Assembly: GCA_964057225.1 (NCBI GenBank)
Contig: OZ059899.1
Coordinates: 3,472,001-3,536,000, forward strand
Reading direction: 5' to 3'
DNA from: Auanema rhodensis
Taxonomy: Eukaryota > Animalia > Nematoda
DNA: 64,000 nt
Shown here piece by piece: positions 38,401-51,100 of the stretch (position 1 is the first letter of the stretch; every line of letters begins with the position of its first letter). The notes under the pieces were generated by a model that saw only the letters and a list, made by a program, of their open reading frames with translations, was not told the origin of the DNA and made no database searches. The position numbers and the translations under genes were made by a program.

Positions 38401-41400
38401 TATATACCCGATTTTCACCCTGAAGAATTAATTTTTTCGTTGAATAACCTTGTCCATCGTCTTTGCCTTGAAAAATGGAATCTAAAAACATCTACTTTTT
38501 GCTAAATTATTTTGAAATTTTTCGAAAAAATTTTTGTCAAAATGTTTTTGGAAGCAATGTTGAGTGTACATGGAAACTCAACATACACTAATGCATCATT
38601 TTTCAAACGATCATAACTAATTTTTGTATTAAGCGTTTCTCAATGTAGTATAGTGCATTCGATGCGGATTTTCAAGCTGCGTCGATCTGTGTTATCAGAT
38701 TTGCGCTAGCTTAAAAATGCACCGAGATATCAACTGATATAAGTTCACACATATATACCCGATTTTCACCCTGAAGAATTAATTTTTTCGTTGAATAACC
38801 TTGTCCATCGTCTTTGCCTTGAAAAATGGAATCTAAAAGCATCTACTTTTTGCTAAATTATCTTGAAATTTTTCGAAAAAATTTTTGTCAAAATGTTTTT
38901 GGAAGCAATGTTGAGTGTACATGGAAACTCAACATACACTAATGCATCATTTTTCAAACGATCATAACTAATTTTTGTATTAAGCGTTTCTCAATGTAGT
39001 ATAGTGCATTCGATGCGGATTTTTAAGCTTCGTCGATCTGTGTTATCAGATTTGCGCTAGCTTAAAAATGCACCGAGATATCAACTGATATAAGTTCACA
39101 CTTATATCCTCGATTTTCACCTGAAGAATTAATTTTTTCGTTGAATAACCTTGTCCATCGTCTTTGCCTTGAAAAATGGAATCTAAAAACATCTACTTTT
39201 TGCTAAATTATTTTGAAATTTTTCGAAAAAATTTTTGTCAAAATGTTTTTGGAAGCAATGTTGAGTGTACATGGAAACTCAACATACACTAATGCATCAT
39301 TTTTCAAACGATCATAACTAATTTTTGTATCAAGTGTTTCTCAATGTAGTATAGTGCATTCGATGCGGATTTTTAAGCTGCGTCGATCTGTGTTATCAGA
39401 TTTGCGCTAGCTTAAAAATGCACCGAGATATCAACTGATATAAGTTCACACTTATATCCTCGATTTTCACCCTGAAGAATTGATTTTTTCGTTGAATAAC
39501 ATTGTCTATCGTCTTTGCCTTGAAAAATGGAATCTTAAAACATCTACTTTTTGCTAAATTATTTTGAAATTTTTCGAAAAAATTTTTGTCAAAATGTTTT
39601 TGGAAGCAATGTTGAGTGTACATGGAAACTCAACATACACTAATGCATCATTTTTCAAACGATCATAACTAATTTTTGTATCAAGTGTTTCTCAATGTAG
39701 TATAGTGCATTCGATGCGGATTTTTAAGCTGCGTCGATCTGTGTTATCAGATTTGCGCTAGCTTAAAAATGCACCGAGATATCAACTGATATAAGTTCAC
39801 ACTTATATCCTCGATTTTCACCCTGAAGAATTGATTTTTTCGTTGAATAACATTGTCTATCGTCTTTGCCTTGAAAAATGGAATCTAAAAACATCTACTT
39901 TTTGCTAAATTATTTTGAAATTTTTCGAAAAAATTTTTGTCAAAATGTTTTTGGAAGCAATGTTGAGTGTACATGGAAACTCAACATACACTAATGCATC
40001 ATTTTTCAAACGATCATAACTAATTTTTGTATCAAGTGTTTCTCAATGTAGTATAGTGCATTCGATGCGGATTTTTAAGCTGCGTCGATCTGTGTTATCA
40101 GATTTGCGCTAGCTTAAAAATGCACCGAGATATCAACTGATATAAGTTCACACTTATATCCTCGATTTTCACCCTGAAGAATTGATTTTTTCGTTGAATA
40201 ACATTGTCTATCGTCTTTGCCTTGAAAAATGGAATCTTAAAACATCTACTTTTTGCTAAATTATTTTGAAATTTTTCGAAAAAATTTTTGTCAAAATGTT
40301 TTTGGAAGCAATGTTGAGTGTACATGGAAACTCAACATACACTAATGCATCATTTTTCAAACGATCATAACTAATTTTTGTATCAAGTGTTTCTCAATGT
40401 AGTATAGTGCATTCGATGCGGATTTTTAAGCTGCGTCGATCTGTGTTATCAGATTTGCGCTAGCTTAAAAATGCACCGAGATATCAACTGATATAAGTTC
40501 ACACTTATATCCTCGATTTTCACCCTGAAGAATTGATTTTTTCGTTGAATAACATTGTCTATCGTCTTTGCCTTGAAAAATGGAATCTAAAAACATCTAC
40601 TTTTTGCTAAATTATTTTGAAATTTTTCGAAAAAATTTTTGTCAAAATGTTTTTGGAAGCAATGTTGAGTGTACATGGAAACTCAACATACACTAATGCA
40701 TCATTTTTCAAACGATCTTAACTAATTTTTGTATTAAGCGTTTCTCAATGTAGTATAGTGCATTCGATGCGGATTTTCAAGCTGCGTCGATCTGTGTTAT
40801 CAGATTTGCGCTAGCTTAAAAATGCACCGAGATATCAACTGATATAAGTTCACACATATATACCCGATTTTCACCCTGAAGAATTAATTTTTTCGTTGAA
40901 TAACCTTGTCCATCGTCTTTGCCTTGAAAAATGGAATCTAAAAACATCTACTTTTTGCTAAATTATTTTGAAATTTTTCGAAAAAATTTTTGTCAAAATG
41001 TTTTTGGAAGCAATGTTGAGTGTACATGGAAACTCAACATACACTAATGCATCATTTTTCAAACGATCATAACTAATTTTTGTATTAAGCGTTTCTCAAT
41101 GTAGTATAGTGCATTCGATGCGGATTTTCAAGCTGCGTCGATCTGTGTTATCAGATTTGCGCTAGCTTAAAAATGCACCGAGATATCAACTGATATAAGT
41201 TCACACATATATACCCGATTTTCACCCTGAAGAATTAATTTTTTCGTTGAATAACCTTGTCCATCGTCTTTGCCTTGAAAAATGGAATCTAAAAGCATCT
41301 ACTTTTTGCTAAATTATCTTGAAATTTTTCGAAAAAATTTTTGTCAAAATGTTTTTGGAAGCAATGTTGAGTGTACATGGAAACTCAACATACACTAATG

Positions 41401-42121
41401 CATCATTTTTCAAACGATCATAACTAATTTTTGTATTAAGCGTTTCTCAATGTAGTATAGTGCATTCGATGCGGATTTTTAAGCTTCGTCGATCTGTGTT
41501 ATCAGATTTGCGCTAGCTTAAAAATGCACCGAGATATCAACTGATATAAGTTCACACTTATATCCTCGATTTTCACCTGAAGAATTAATTTTTTCGTTGA
41601 ATAACCTTGTCCATCGTCTTTGCCTTGAAAAATGGAATCTAAAAACATCTACTTTTTGCTAAATTATTTTGAAATTTTTCGAAAAAATTTTTGTCAAAAT
41701 GTTTTTGGAAGCAATGTTGAGTGTACATGGAAACTCAACATACACTAATGCATCATTTTTCAAACGATCATAACTAATTTTTGTATTAAGCGTTTCTCAA
41801 TGTAGTATAGTGCATTCGATGCGGATTTTTAAGCTTCGTCGATCTGTGTTATCAGATTTGCGCTAGCTTAAAAATGCACCGAGATATCAACTGATATAAG
41901 TTCACACTTATATCCTCGATTTTCACCTGAAGAATTAATTTTTTCGTTGAATAACCTTGTCCATCGTCTTTGCCTTGAAAAATGGAATCTAAAAACATCT
42001 ACTTTTTGCTAAATTATTTTGAAATTTTTCGAAAAAATTTTTGTCAAAATGTTTTTGGAAGCAATGTTGAGTGTACATGGAAACTCAACATACACTAATG
42101 CATCATTTTTCAAACGATCAT
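29493..42121. repeat. Satellite variant domain D (M85-M120) with a 1754-bp 5-mer higher-order repeat
   Basis: Markers are AATTGATT plus GTCTATC, GATCTTAAC, TTTCAAG plus CATATATACCCG plus AACCTTG, AAAAGCATC plus ATCTTGA, and the 1-bp deletion CACCTGA. Confidence 0.82.
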
Positions 42122-45100
42122 AACTAATTTTTGTATCAAGCGTTTCTCAATGTAGTATAGTGCATTCGATGCGGATTTTCAAGCTGCGTCGATCTGTGTT
42201 ATCAGATTTGCGCTAGCTTAAAAATGCACCGAGATATCAACTGATATAAGTTCACACATATATACCCGATTTTCACCCTGAAGAATTAATTTTTTCGTTG
42301 AATAACCTTGTCCATCGTCTTTGCCTTGAAAAATGGAATCTAAAAGCATCTACTTTTCGCTAAATTATCTTGAAATTTTTCGAAAAAATTTTTGTCAAAA
42401 TGTTTTTGGAAGCAATGTTGAGTGTACATGGAAACTCAACATACACTAATGCATCATTTTTCAAACGATCATAACTAATTTTTGTATTAAGCGTTTCTCA
42501 ATGTAGTATAGTGCATTCGATGCGGATTTTTAAGCTGCGTCGATCTGTGTTATCAGATTTGCGCTAGCTTAAAAATGCACCGAGATATCAACTGATATAA
42601 GTTCACACTTATATCCTCGATTTTCACCCTGAAGAATTAATTTTTTCGTTGAATAACATTGTCCATCGTCTTTGCCTTGAAAAAAAGAATCTAAAAACAT
42701 CTACTTTTTGCTAAATTATTTTGAAATTTTTCGAAAAAATTTTTGTCAAAATGTTTTTGGAAGCAATGTTGAGTGTACATGGAAACTCAACATACACTAA
42801 TGCATCATTTTTCAAACGATCATAACTAATTTTTGTATCAAGTGTTTCTCAATGTAGTATAGTGCATTCGATGCGGATTTTTAAGCTGCGTCGATCTGTG
42901 TTATCAGATTTGCGCTAGCTTAAAAATGCACCGAGATATCAACTGATATAAGTTCACACTTATATCCTCGATTTTCACCCTGAAGAATTAATTTTTTCGT
43001 TGAATAACATTGTCCATCGTCTTTGCCTTGAAAAAAAGAATCTAAAAACATCTACTTTTTGCTAAATTATTTTGAAATTTTTCGAAAAAATTTTTGTCAA
43101 AATGTTTTTGGAAGCAATGTTGAGTGTACATGGAAACTCAACATACACTAATGCATCATTTTTCAAACGATCATAACTAATTTTTGTATCAAGTGTTTCT
43201 CAATGTAGTATAGTGCATTCGATGCGGATTTTTAAGCTGCGTCGATCTGTGTTATCAGATTTGCGCTAGCTTAAAAAAGCACCGAGATATCAACTGATAT
43301 AAGTTCACACTTATATCCTCGATTTTCACCCTGAAGAATTAATTTTTTCGTTGAATAACATTGTCCATCGTCTTTGCCTTGAAAAATGGAATCTAAAAAC
43401 ATCTACTTTTTGCTAAATTATTTTGAAATTTTTCGAAAAAATTTTTGTCAAAATGTTTTTGGAAGCAATGTTGAGTGTACATGGAAACTCAACATACACT
43501 AATGCATCATTTTTCAAACGATCATAACTAATTTTTGTATTAAGCGTTTCTCAATGTAGTATAGTGCATTCGATGCGGATTTTTAAGCTTCGTCGATCTG
43601 TGTTATCAGATTTGCGCTAGCTTAAAAATGCACCGAGATATCAACTGATATAAGTTCACACTTATATCCTCGATTTTCACCCTGAAGAATTTATTTTTTT
43701 GTTGAATAACATTGTCCATCGTCTTTGCCTTGAAAAATGGAATCTTAAAACATCTACTTTTTGCTAAATTATTTTGAAATTTTTCGAAAAAATTTTTGTC
43801 AAAATGTTTTTGGAAGCAATGTTGAGTGTACATGGAAACTCAACATACACTAATGCATCATTTTTCAAACGATCATAACTAATTTTTGTATTAAGCGTTT
43901 CTCAATGTAGTATAGTGCATTCGATGCGGATTTTCAAGCTGCGTCGATCTGTGTTATCAGATTTGCGCTAGCTTAAAAATGCACCGAGATATCAACTGAT
44001 ATAAGTTCACACTTATATCCTCGATTTTCACCCTGAAGAATTAATTTTTTCGTTGAATAACATTGTCCATCGTCTTTGCCTTGAAAAATGGAATCTAAAA
44101 ACATCTACTTTTTGCTAAATTATTTTGAAATTTTTCGAAAAAATTTTTGTCAAAATGTTTTTGGAAGCAATGTTGAGTGTACATGGAAACTCAACATACA
44201 CTAATGCATCATTTTTCAAACGATCATAACTTATTTTTGTATCAAGCGTTTTTCGATGTAGTATAGTGCATTCGATGCGGATTTTTAAGCTGCGTCGATC
44301 TGTGTTATCAGATTTGCGCTAGCTTAAAAATGCACCGAGATATCAACTGATATAAGTTCACACTTATATCCTCGATTTTCACCCTGAAGAATTAATTTTT
44401 TCGTTGAATAACATTGTCCATCGTCTTTGCCTTGAAAAATGGAATCTAAAAACATCTACTTTTTGCTAAATTATTTTGAAATTTTTCGAAAAAATTTTTG
44501 TCAAAATGTTTTTGGAAGCAATGTTGAGTGTACATGGAAACTCAACATACACTAATGCATCATTTTTCAAACGATCTTAACTAATTTTTGTATTAAGCGT
44601 TTCTCAATGTAGTATAGTGCATTCGATGCGGATTTTCAAGCTGCGTCGATCTGTGTTATCAGATTTGCGCTAGCTTAAAAATGCACCGAGATATCAACTG
44701 ATATAAGTTCACACATATATACCCGATTTTCACCCTGAAGAATTAATTTTTTCGTTGAATAACCTTGTCCATCGTCTTTGCCTTGAAAAATGGAATCTAA
44801 AAACATCTACTTTTTGCTAAATTATTTTGAAATTTTTCGAAAAAATTTTTGTCAAAATGTTTTTGGAAGCAATGTTGAGTGTACATGGAAACTCAACATA
44901 CACTAATGCATCATTTTTCAAACGATCATAACTAATTTTTGTATTAAGCGTTTCTCAATGTAGTATAGTGCATTCGATGCGGATTTTCAAGCTGCGTCGA
45001 TCTGTGTTATCAGATTTGCGCTAGCTTAAAAATGCACCGAGATATCAACTGATATAAGTTCACACATATATACCCGATTTTCACCCTGAAGAATTAATTT

Positions 45101-48100
45101 TTTCGTTGAATAACCTTGTCCATCGTCTTTGCCTTGAAAAATGGAATCTAAAAGCATCTACTTTTTGCTAAATTATCTTGAAATTTTTCGAAAAAATTTT
45201 TGTCAAAATGTTTTTGGAAGCAATGTTGAGTGTACATGGAAACTCAACATACACTAATGCATCATTTTTCAAACGATCATAACTAATTTTTGTATTAAGC
45301 GTTTCTCAATGTAGTATAGTGCATTCGATGCGGATTTTTAAGCTTCGTCGATCTGTGTTATCAGATTTGCGCTAGCTTAAAAATGCACCGAGATATCAAC
45401 TGATATAAGTTCACACTTATATCCTCGATTTTCACCTGAAGAATTAATTTTTTCGTTGAATAACCTTGTCCATCGTCTTTGCCTTGAAAAATGGAATCTA
45501 AAAACATCTACTTTTTGCTAAATTATTTTGAAATTTTTCGAAAAAATTTTTGTCAAAATGTTTTTGGAAGCAATGTTGAGTGTACATGGAAACTCAACAT
45601 ACACTAATGCATCATTTTTCAAACGATCATAACTAATTTTTGTATCAAGCGTTTCTCAATGTAGTATAGTGCATTCGATGCGGATTTTCAAGCTGCGTCG
45701 ATCTGTGTTATCAGATTTGCGCTAGCTTAAAAATGCACCGAGATATCAACTGATATAAGTTCACACATATATACCCGATTTTCACCCTGAAGAATTAATT
45801 TTTTCGTTGAATAACCTTGTCCATCGTCTTTGCCTTGAAAAATGGAATCTAAAAGCATCTACTTTTCGCTAAATTATCTTGAAATTTTTCGAAAAAATTT
45901 TTGTCAAAATGTTTTTGGAAGCAATGTTGAGTGTACATGGAAACTCAACATACACTAATGCATCATTTTTCAAACGATCATAACTAATTTTTGTATTAAG
46001 CGTTTCTCAATGTAGTATAGTGCATTCGATGCGGATTTTTAAGCTGCGTCGATCTGTGTTATCAGATTTGCGCTAGCTTAAAAATGCACCGAGATATCAA
46101 CTGATATAAGTTCACACTTATATCCTCGATTTTCACCCTGAAGAATTAATTTTTTCGTTGAATAACATTGTCCATCGTCTTTGCCTTGAAAAAAAGAATC
46201 TAAAAACATCTACTTTTTGCTAAATTATTTTGAAATTTTTCGAAAAAATTTTTGTCAAAATGTTTTTGGAAGCAATGTTGAGTGTACATGGAAACTCAAC
46301 ATACACTAATGCATCATTTTTCAAACGATCATAACTAATTTTTGTATCAAGTGTTTCTCAATGTAGTATAGTGCATTCGATGCGGATTTTTAAGCTGCGT
46401 CGATCTGTGTTATCAGATTTGCGCTAGCTTAAAAATGCACCGAGATATCAACTGATATAAGTTCACACTTATATCCTCGATTTTCACCCTGAAGAATTAA
46501 TTTTTTCGTTGAATAACATTGTCCATCGTCTTTGCCTTGAAAAAAAGAATCTAAAAACATCTACTTTTTGCTAAATTATTTTGAAATTTTTCGAAAAAAT
46601 TTTTGTCAAAATGTTTTTGGAAGCAATGTTGAGTGTACATGGAAACTCAACATACACTAATGCATCATTTTTCAAACGATCATAACTAATTTTTGTATCA
46701 AGTGTTTCTCAATGTAGTATAGTGCATTCGATGCGGATTTTTAAGCTGCGTCGATCTGTGTTATCAGATTTGCGCTAGCTTAAAAAAGCACCGAGATATC
46801 AACTGATATAAGTTCACACTTATATCCTCGATTTTCACCCTGAAGAATTAATTTTTTCGTTGAATAACATTGTCCATCGTCTTTGCCTTGAAAAATGGAA
46901 TCTAAAAACATCTACTTTTTGCTAAATTATTTTGAAATTTTTCGAAAAAATTTTTGTCAAAATGTTTTTGGAAGCAATGTTGAGTGTACATGGAAACTCA
47001 ACATACACTAATGCATCATTTTTCAAACGATCATAACTAATTTTTGTATTAAGCGTTTCTCAATGTAGTATAGTGCATTCGATGCGGATTTTTAAGCTTC
47101 GTCGATCTGTGTTATCAGATTTGCGCTAGCTTAAAAATGCACCGAGATATCAACTGATATAAGTTCACACTTATATCCTCGATTTTCACCCTGAAGAATT
47201 TATTTTTTTGTTGAATAACATTGTCCATCGTCTTTGCCTTGAAAAATGGAATCTTAAAACATCTACTTTTTGCTAAATTATTTTGAAATTTTTCGAAAAA
47301 ATTTTTGTCAAAATGTTTTTGGAAGCAATGTTGAGTGTACATGGAAACTCAACATACACTAATGCATCATTTTTCAAACGATCATAACTAATTTTTGTAT
47401 TAAGCGTTTCTCAATGTAGTATAGTGCATTCGATGCGGATTTTCAAGCTGCGTCGATCTGTGTTATCAGATTTGCGCTAGCTTAAAAATGCACCGAGATA
47501 TCAACTGATATAAGTTCACACTTATATCCTCGATTTTCACCCTGAAGAATTAATTTTTTCGTTGAATAACATTGTCCATCGTCTTTGCCTTGAAAAATGG
47601 AATCTAAAAACATCTACTTTTTGCTAAATTATTTTGAAATTTTTCGAAAAAATTTTTGTCAAAATGTTTTTGGAAGCAATGTTGAGTGTACATGGAAACT
47701 CAACATACACTAATGCATCATTTTTCAAACGATCATAACTTATTTTTGTATCAAGCGTTTTTCGATGTAGTATAGTGCATTCGATGCGGATTTTTAAGCT
47801 GCGTCGATCTGTGTTATCAGATTTGCGCTAGCTTAAAAATGCACCGAGATATCAACTGATATAAGTTCACACTTATATCCTCGATTTTCACCCTGAAGAA
47901 TTAATTTTTTCGTTGAATAACATTGTCCATCGTCTTTGCCTTGAAAAATGGAATCTAAAAACATCTACTTTTTGCTAAATTATTTTGAAATTTTTCGAAA
48001 AAATTTTTGTCAAAATGTTTTTGGAAGCAATGTTGAGTGTACATGGAAACTCAACATACACTAATGCATCATTTTTCAAACGATCATAACTAATTTTTGT

Positions 48101-51100
48101 ATCAAGTGTTTCTCAATGTAGTATAGTGCATTCGATGCGGATTTTTAAGCTGCGTCGATCTGTGTTATCAGATTTGCGCTAGCTTAAAAAAGCACCGAGA
48201 TATCAACTGATATAAGTTCACACTTATATCCTCGATTTTCACCCTGAAGAATTAATTTTTTCGTTGAATAACATTGTCCATCGTCTTTGCCTTGAAAAAA
48301 AGAATCTTAAAACATCTACTTTTTGCTAAATTATCTTGAAATTTTTCGAAAAAATTTTTGTCAAAATGTTTTTGGAAGCAATGTTGAGTGTACATGGAAA
48401 CTCAACATACACTAATGCATCATTTTTCAAACGATCATAACTAATTTTTGTATCAAGTGTTTCTCAATGTAGTATAGTGCATTCGATGCGGATTTTTAAG
48501 CTGCGTCGATCTGTGTTATCAGATTTGCGCTAGCTTAAAAATGCACCGAGATATCAACTGATATAAGTTCACACTTATATCCTCGATTTTCACCCTGAAG
48601 AATTAATTTTTTCGTTGAATAACATTGTCCATCGTCTTTGCCTTGAAAAAAAGAATCTAAAAACATCTACTTTTTGCTAAATTATTTTGAAATTTTTCGA
48701 AAAAATTTTTGTCAAAATGTTTTTGGAAGCAATGTTGAGTGTACATGGAAACTCAACATACACTAATGCATCATTTTTCAAACGATCATAACTAATTTTT
48801 GTATCAAGTGTTTCTCAATGTAGTATAGTGCATTCGATGCGGATTTTTAAGCTTCGTCGATCTGTGTTATCAGATTTGCGCTAGCTTAAAAAAGCACCGA
48901 GATATCAACTGATATAAGTTCACACTTATATCCTCGATTTTCACCCTGAAGAATTAATTTTTTCGTTGAATAACATTGTCCATCGTCTTTGCCTTGAAAA
49001 ATGGAATCTAAAAACATCTACTTTTTGCTAAATTATTTTGAAATTTTTCGAAAAAATTTTTGTCAAAATGTTTTTGGAAGCAATGTTGAGTGTACATGGA
49101 AACTCAACATACACTAATGCATAATTTTTCAAACGATCATAACTAATTTTCGTATTAAGCGTTTCTCAATGTAGTATAGTGCATTCGATGCGGATTTTTA
49201 AGCTTCGTCGATCTGTGTTATCAGATTTGCGCTAGCTTAAAAATGCACCGAGATATCAACTGATATAAGTTCACACTTATATCCTCGATTTTCACCCTGA
49301 AGAATTAATTTTTTCGTTGAAAAACATTGTCCATCGTCTTTGCCTTGAAAAATGGAATCTTAAAACATCTACTTTTTGCTAAATTATCTTGAAATTTTTC
49401 GAAAAAATTTTTGTCAAAATGTTTTTGGAAGCAATGTTGAGTGTACATGGAAACTCAACATACACTAATGCATCATTTTTCAAACGATCATAACTAATTT
49501 TTGTATCAAGTGTTTCTCAATGTAGTATAGTGCATTCGATGCGGATTTTTAAGCTGCGTCGATCTGTGTTATCAGATTTGCGCTAGCTTAAAAATGCACC
49601 GAGATATCAACTGATATAAGTTCACACTTATATCCTCGATTTTCACCCTGAAGAATTAATTTTTTCGTTGAATAACATTGTCCATCGTCTTTGCCTTGAA
49701 AAAAAGAATCTAAAAACATCTACTTTTTGCTAAATTATTTTGAAATTTTTCGAAAAAATTTTTGTCAAAATGTTTTTGGAAGCAATGTTGAGTGTACATG
49801 GAAACTCAACATACACTAATGCATCATTTTTCAAACGATCATAACTAATTTTTGTATCAAGTGTTTCTCAATGTAGTATAGTGCATTCGATGCGGATTTT
49901 TAAGCTGCGTCGATCTGTGTTATCAGATTTGCGCTAGCTTAAAAATGCACCGAGATATCAACTGATATAAGTTCACACTTATATCCTCGATTTTCACCCT
50001 GAAGAATTAATTTTTTCGTTGAATAACATTGTCCATCGTCTTTGCCTTGAAAAAAAGAATCTAAAAACATCTACTTTTTGCTAAATTATTTTGAAATTTT
50101 TCGAAAAAATTTTTGTCAAAATGTTTTTGGAAGCAATGTTGAGTGTACATGGAAACTCAACATACACTAATGCATCATTTTTCAAACGATCATAACTAAT
50201 TTTTGTATCAAGTGTTTCTCAATGTAGTATAGTGCATTCGATGCGGATTTTTAAGCTGCGTCGATCTGTGTTATCAGATTTGCGCTAGCTTAAAAAAGCA
50301 CCGAGATATCAACTGATATAAGTTCACACTTATATCCTCGATTTTCACCCTGAAGAATTAATTTTTTCGTTGAATAACATTGTCCATCGTCTTTGCCTTG
50401 AAAAATGGAATCTAAAAACATCTACTTTTTGCTAAATTATTTTGAAATTTTTCGAAAAAATTTTTGTCAAAATGTTTTTGGAAGCAATGTTGAGTGTACA
50501 TGGAAACTCAACATACACTAATGCATCATTTTTCAAACGATCATAACTAATTTTTGTATTAAGCGTTTCTCAATGTAGTATAGTGCATTCGATGCGGATT
50601 TTTAAGCTTCGTCGATCTGTGTTATCAGATTTGCGCTAGCTTAAAAATGCACCGAGATATCAACTGATATAAGTTCACACTTATATCCTCGATTTTCACC
50701 CTGAAGAATTTATTTTTTTGTTGAATAACATTGTCCATCGTCTTTGCCTTGAAAAATGGAATCTTAAAACATCTACTTTTTGCTAAATTATTTTGAAATT
50801 TTTCGAAAAAATTTTTGTCAAAATGTTTTTGGAAGCAATGTTGAGTGTACATGGAAACTCAACATACACTAATGCATCATTTTTCAAACGATCATAACTA
50901 ATTTTTGTATTAAGCGTTTCTCAATGTAGTATAGTGCATTCGATGCGGATTTTCAAGCTGCGTCGATCTGTGTTATCAGATTTGCGCTAGCTTAAAAATG
51001 CACCGAGATATCAACTGATATAAGTTCACACTTATATCCTCGATTTTCACCCTGAAGAATTAATTTTTTCGTTGAATAACATTGTCCATCGTCTTTGCCT

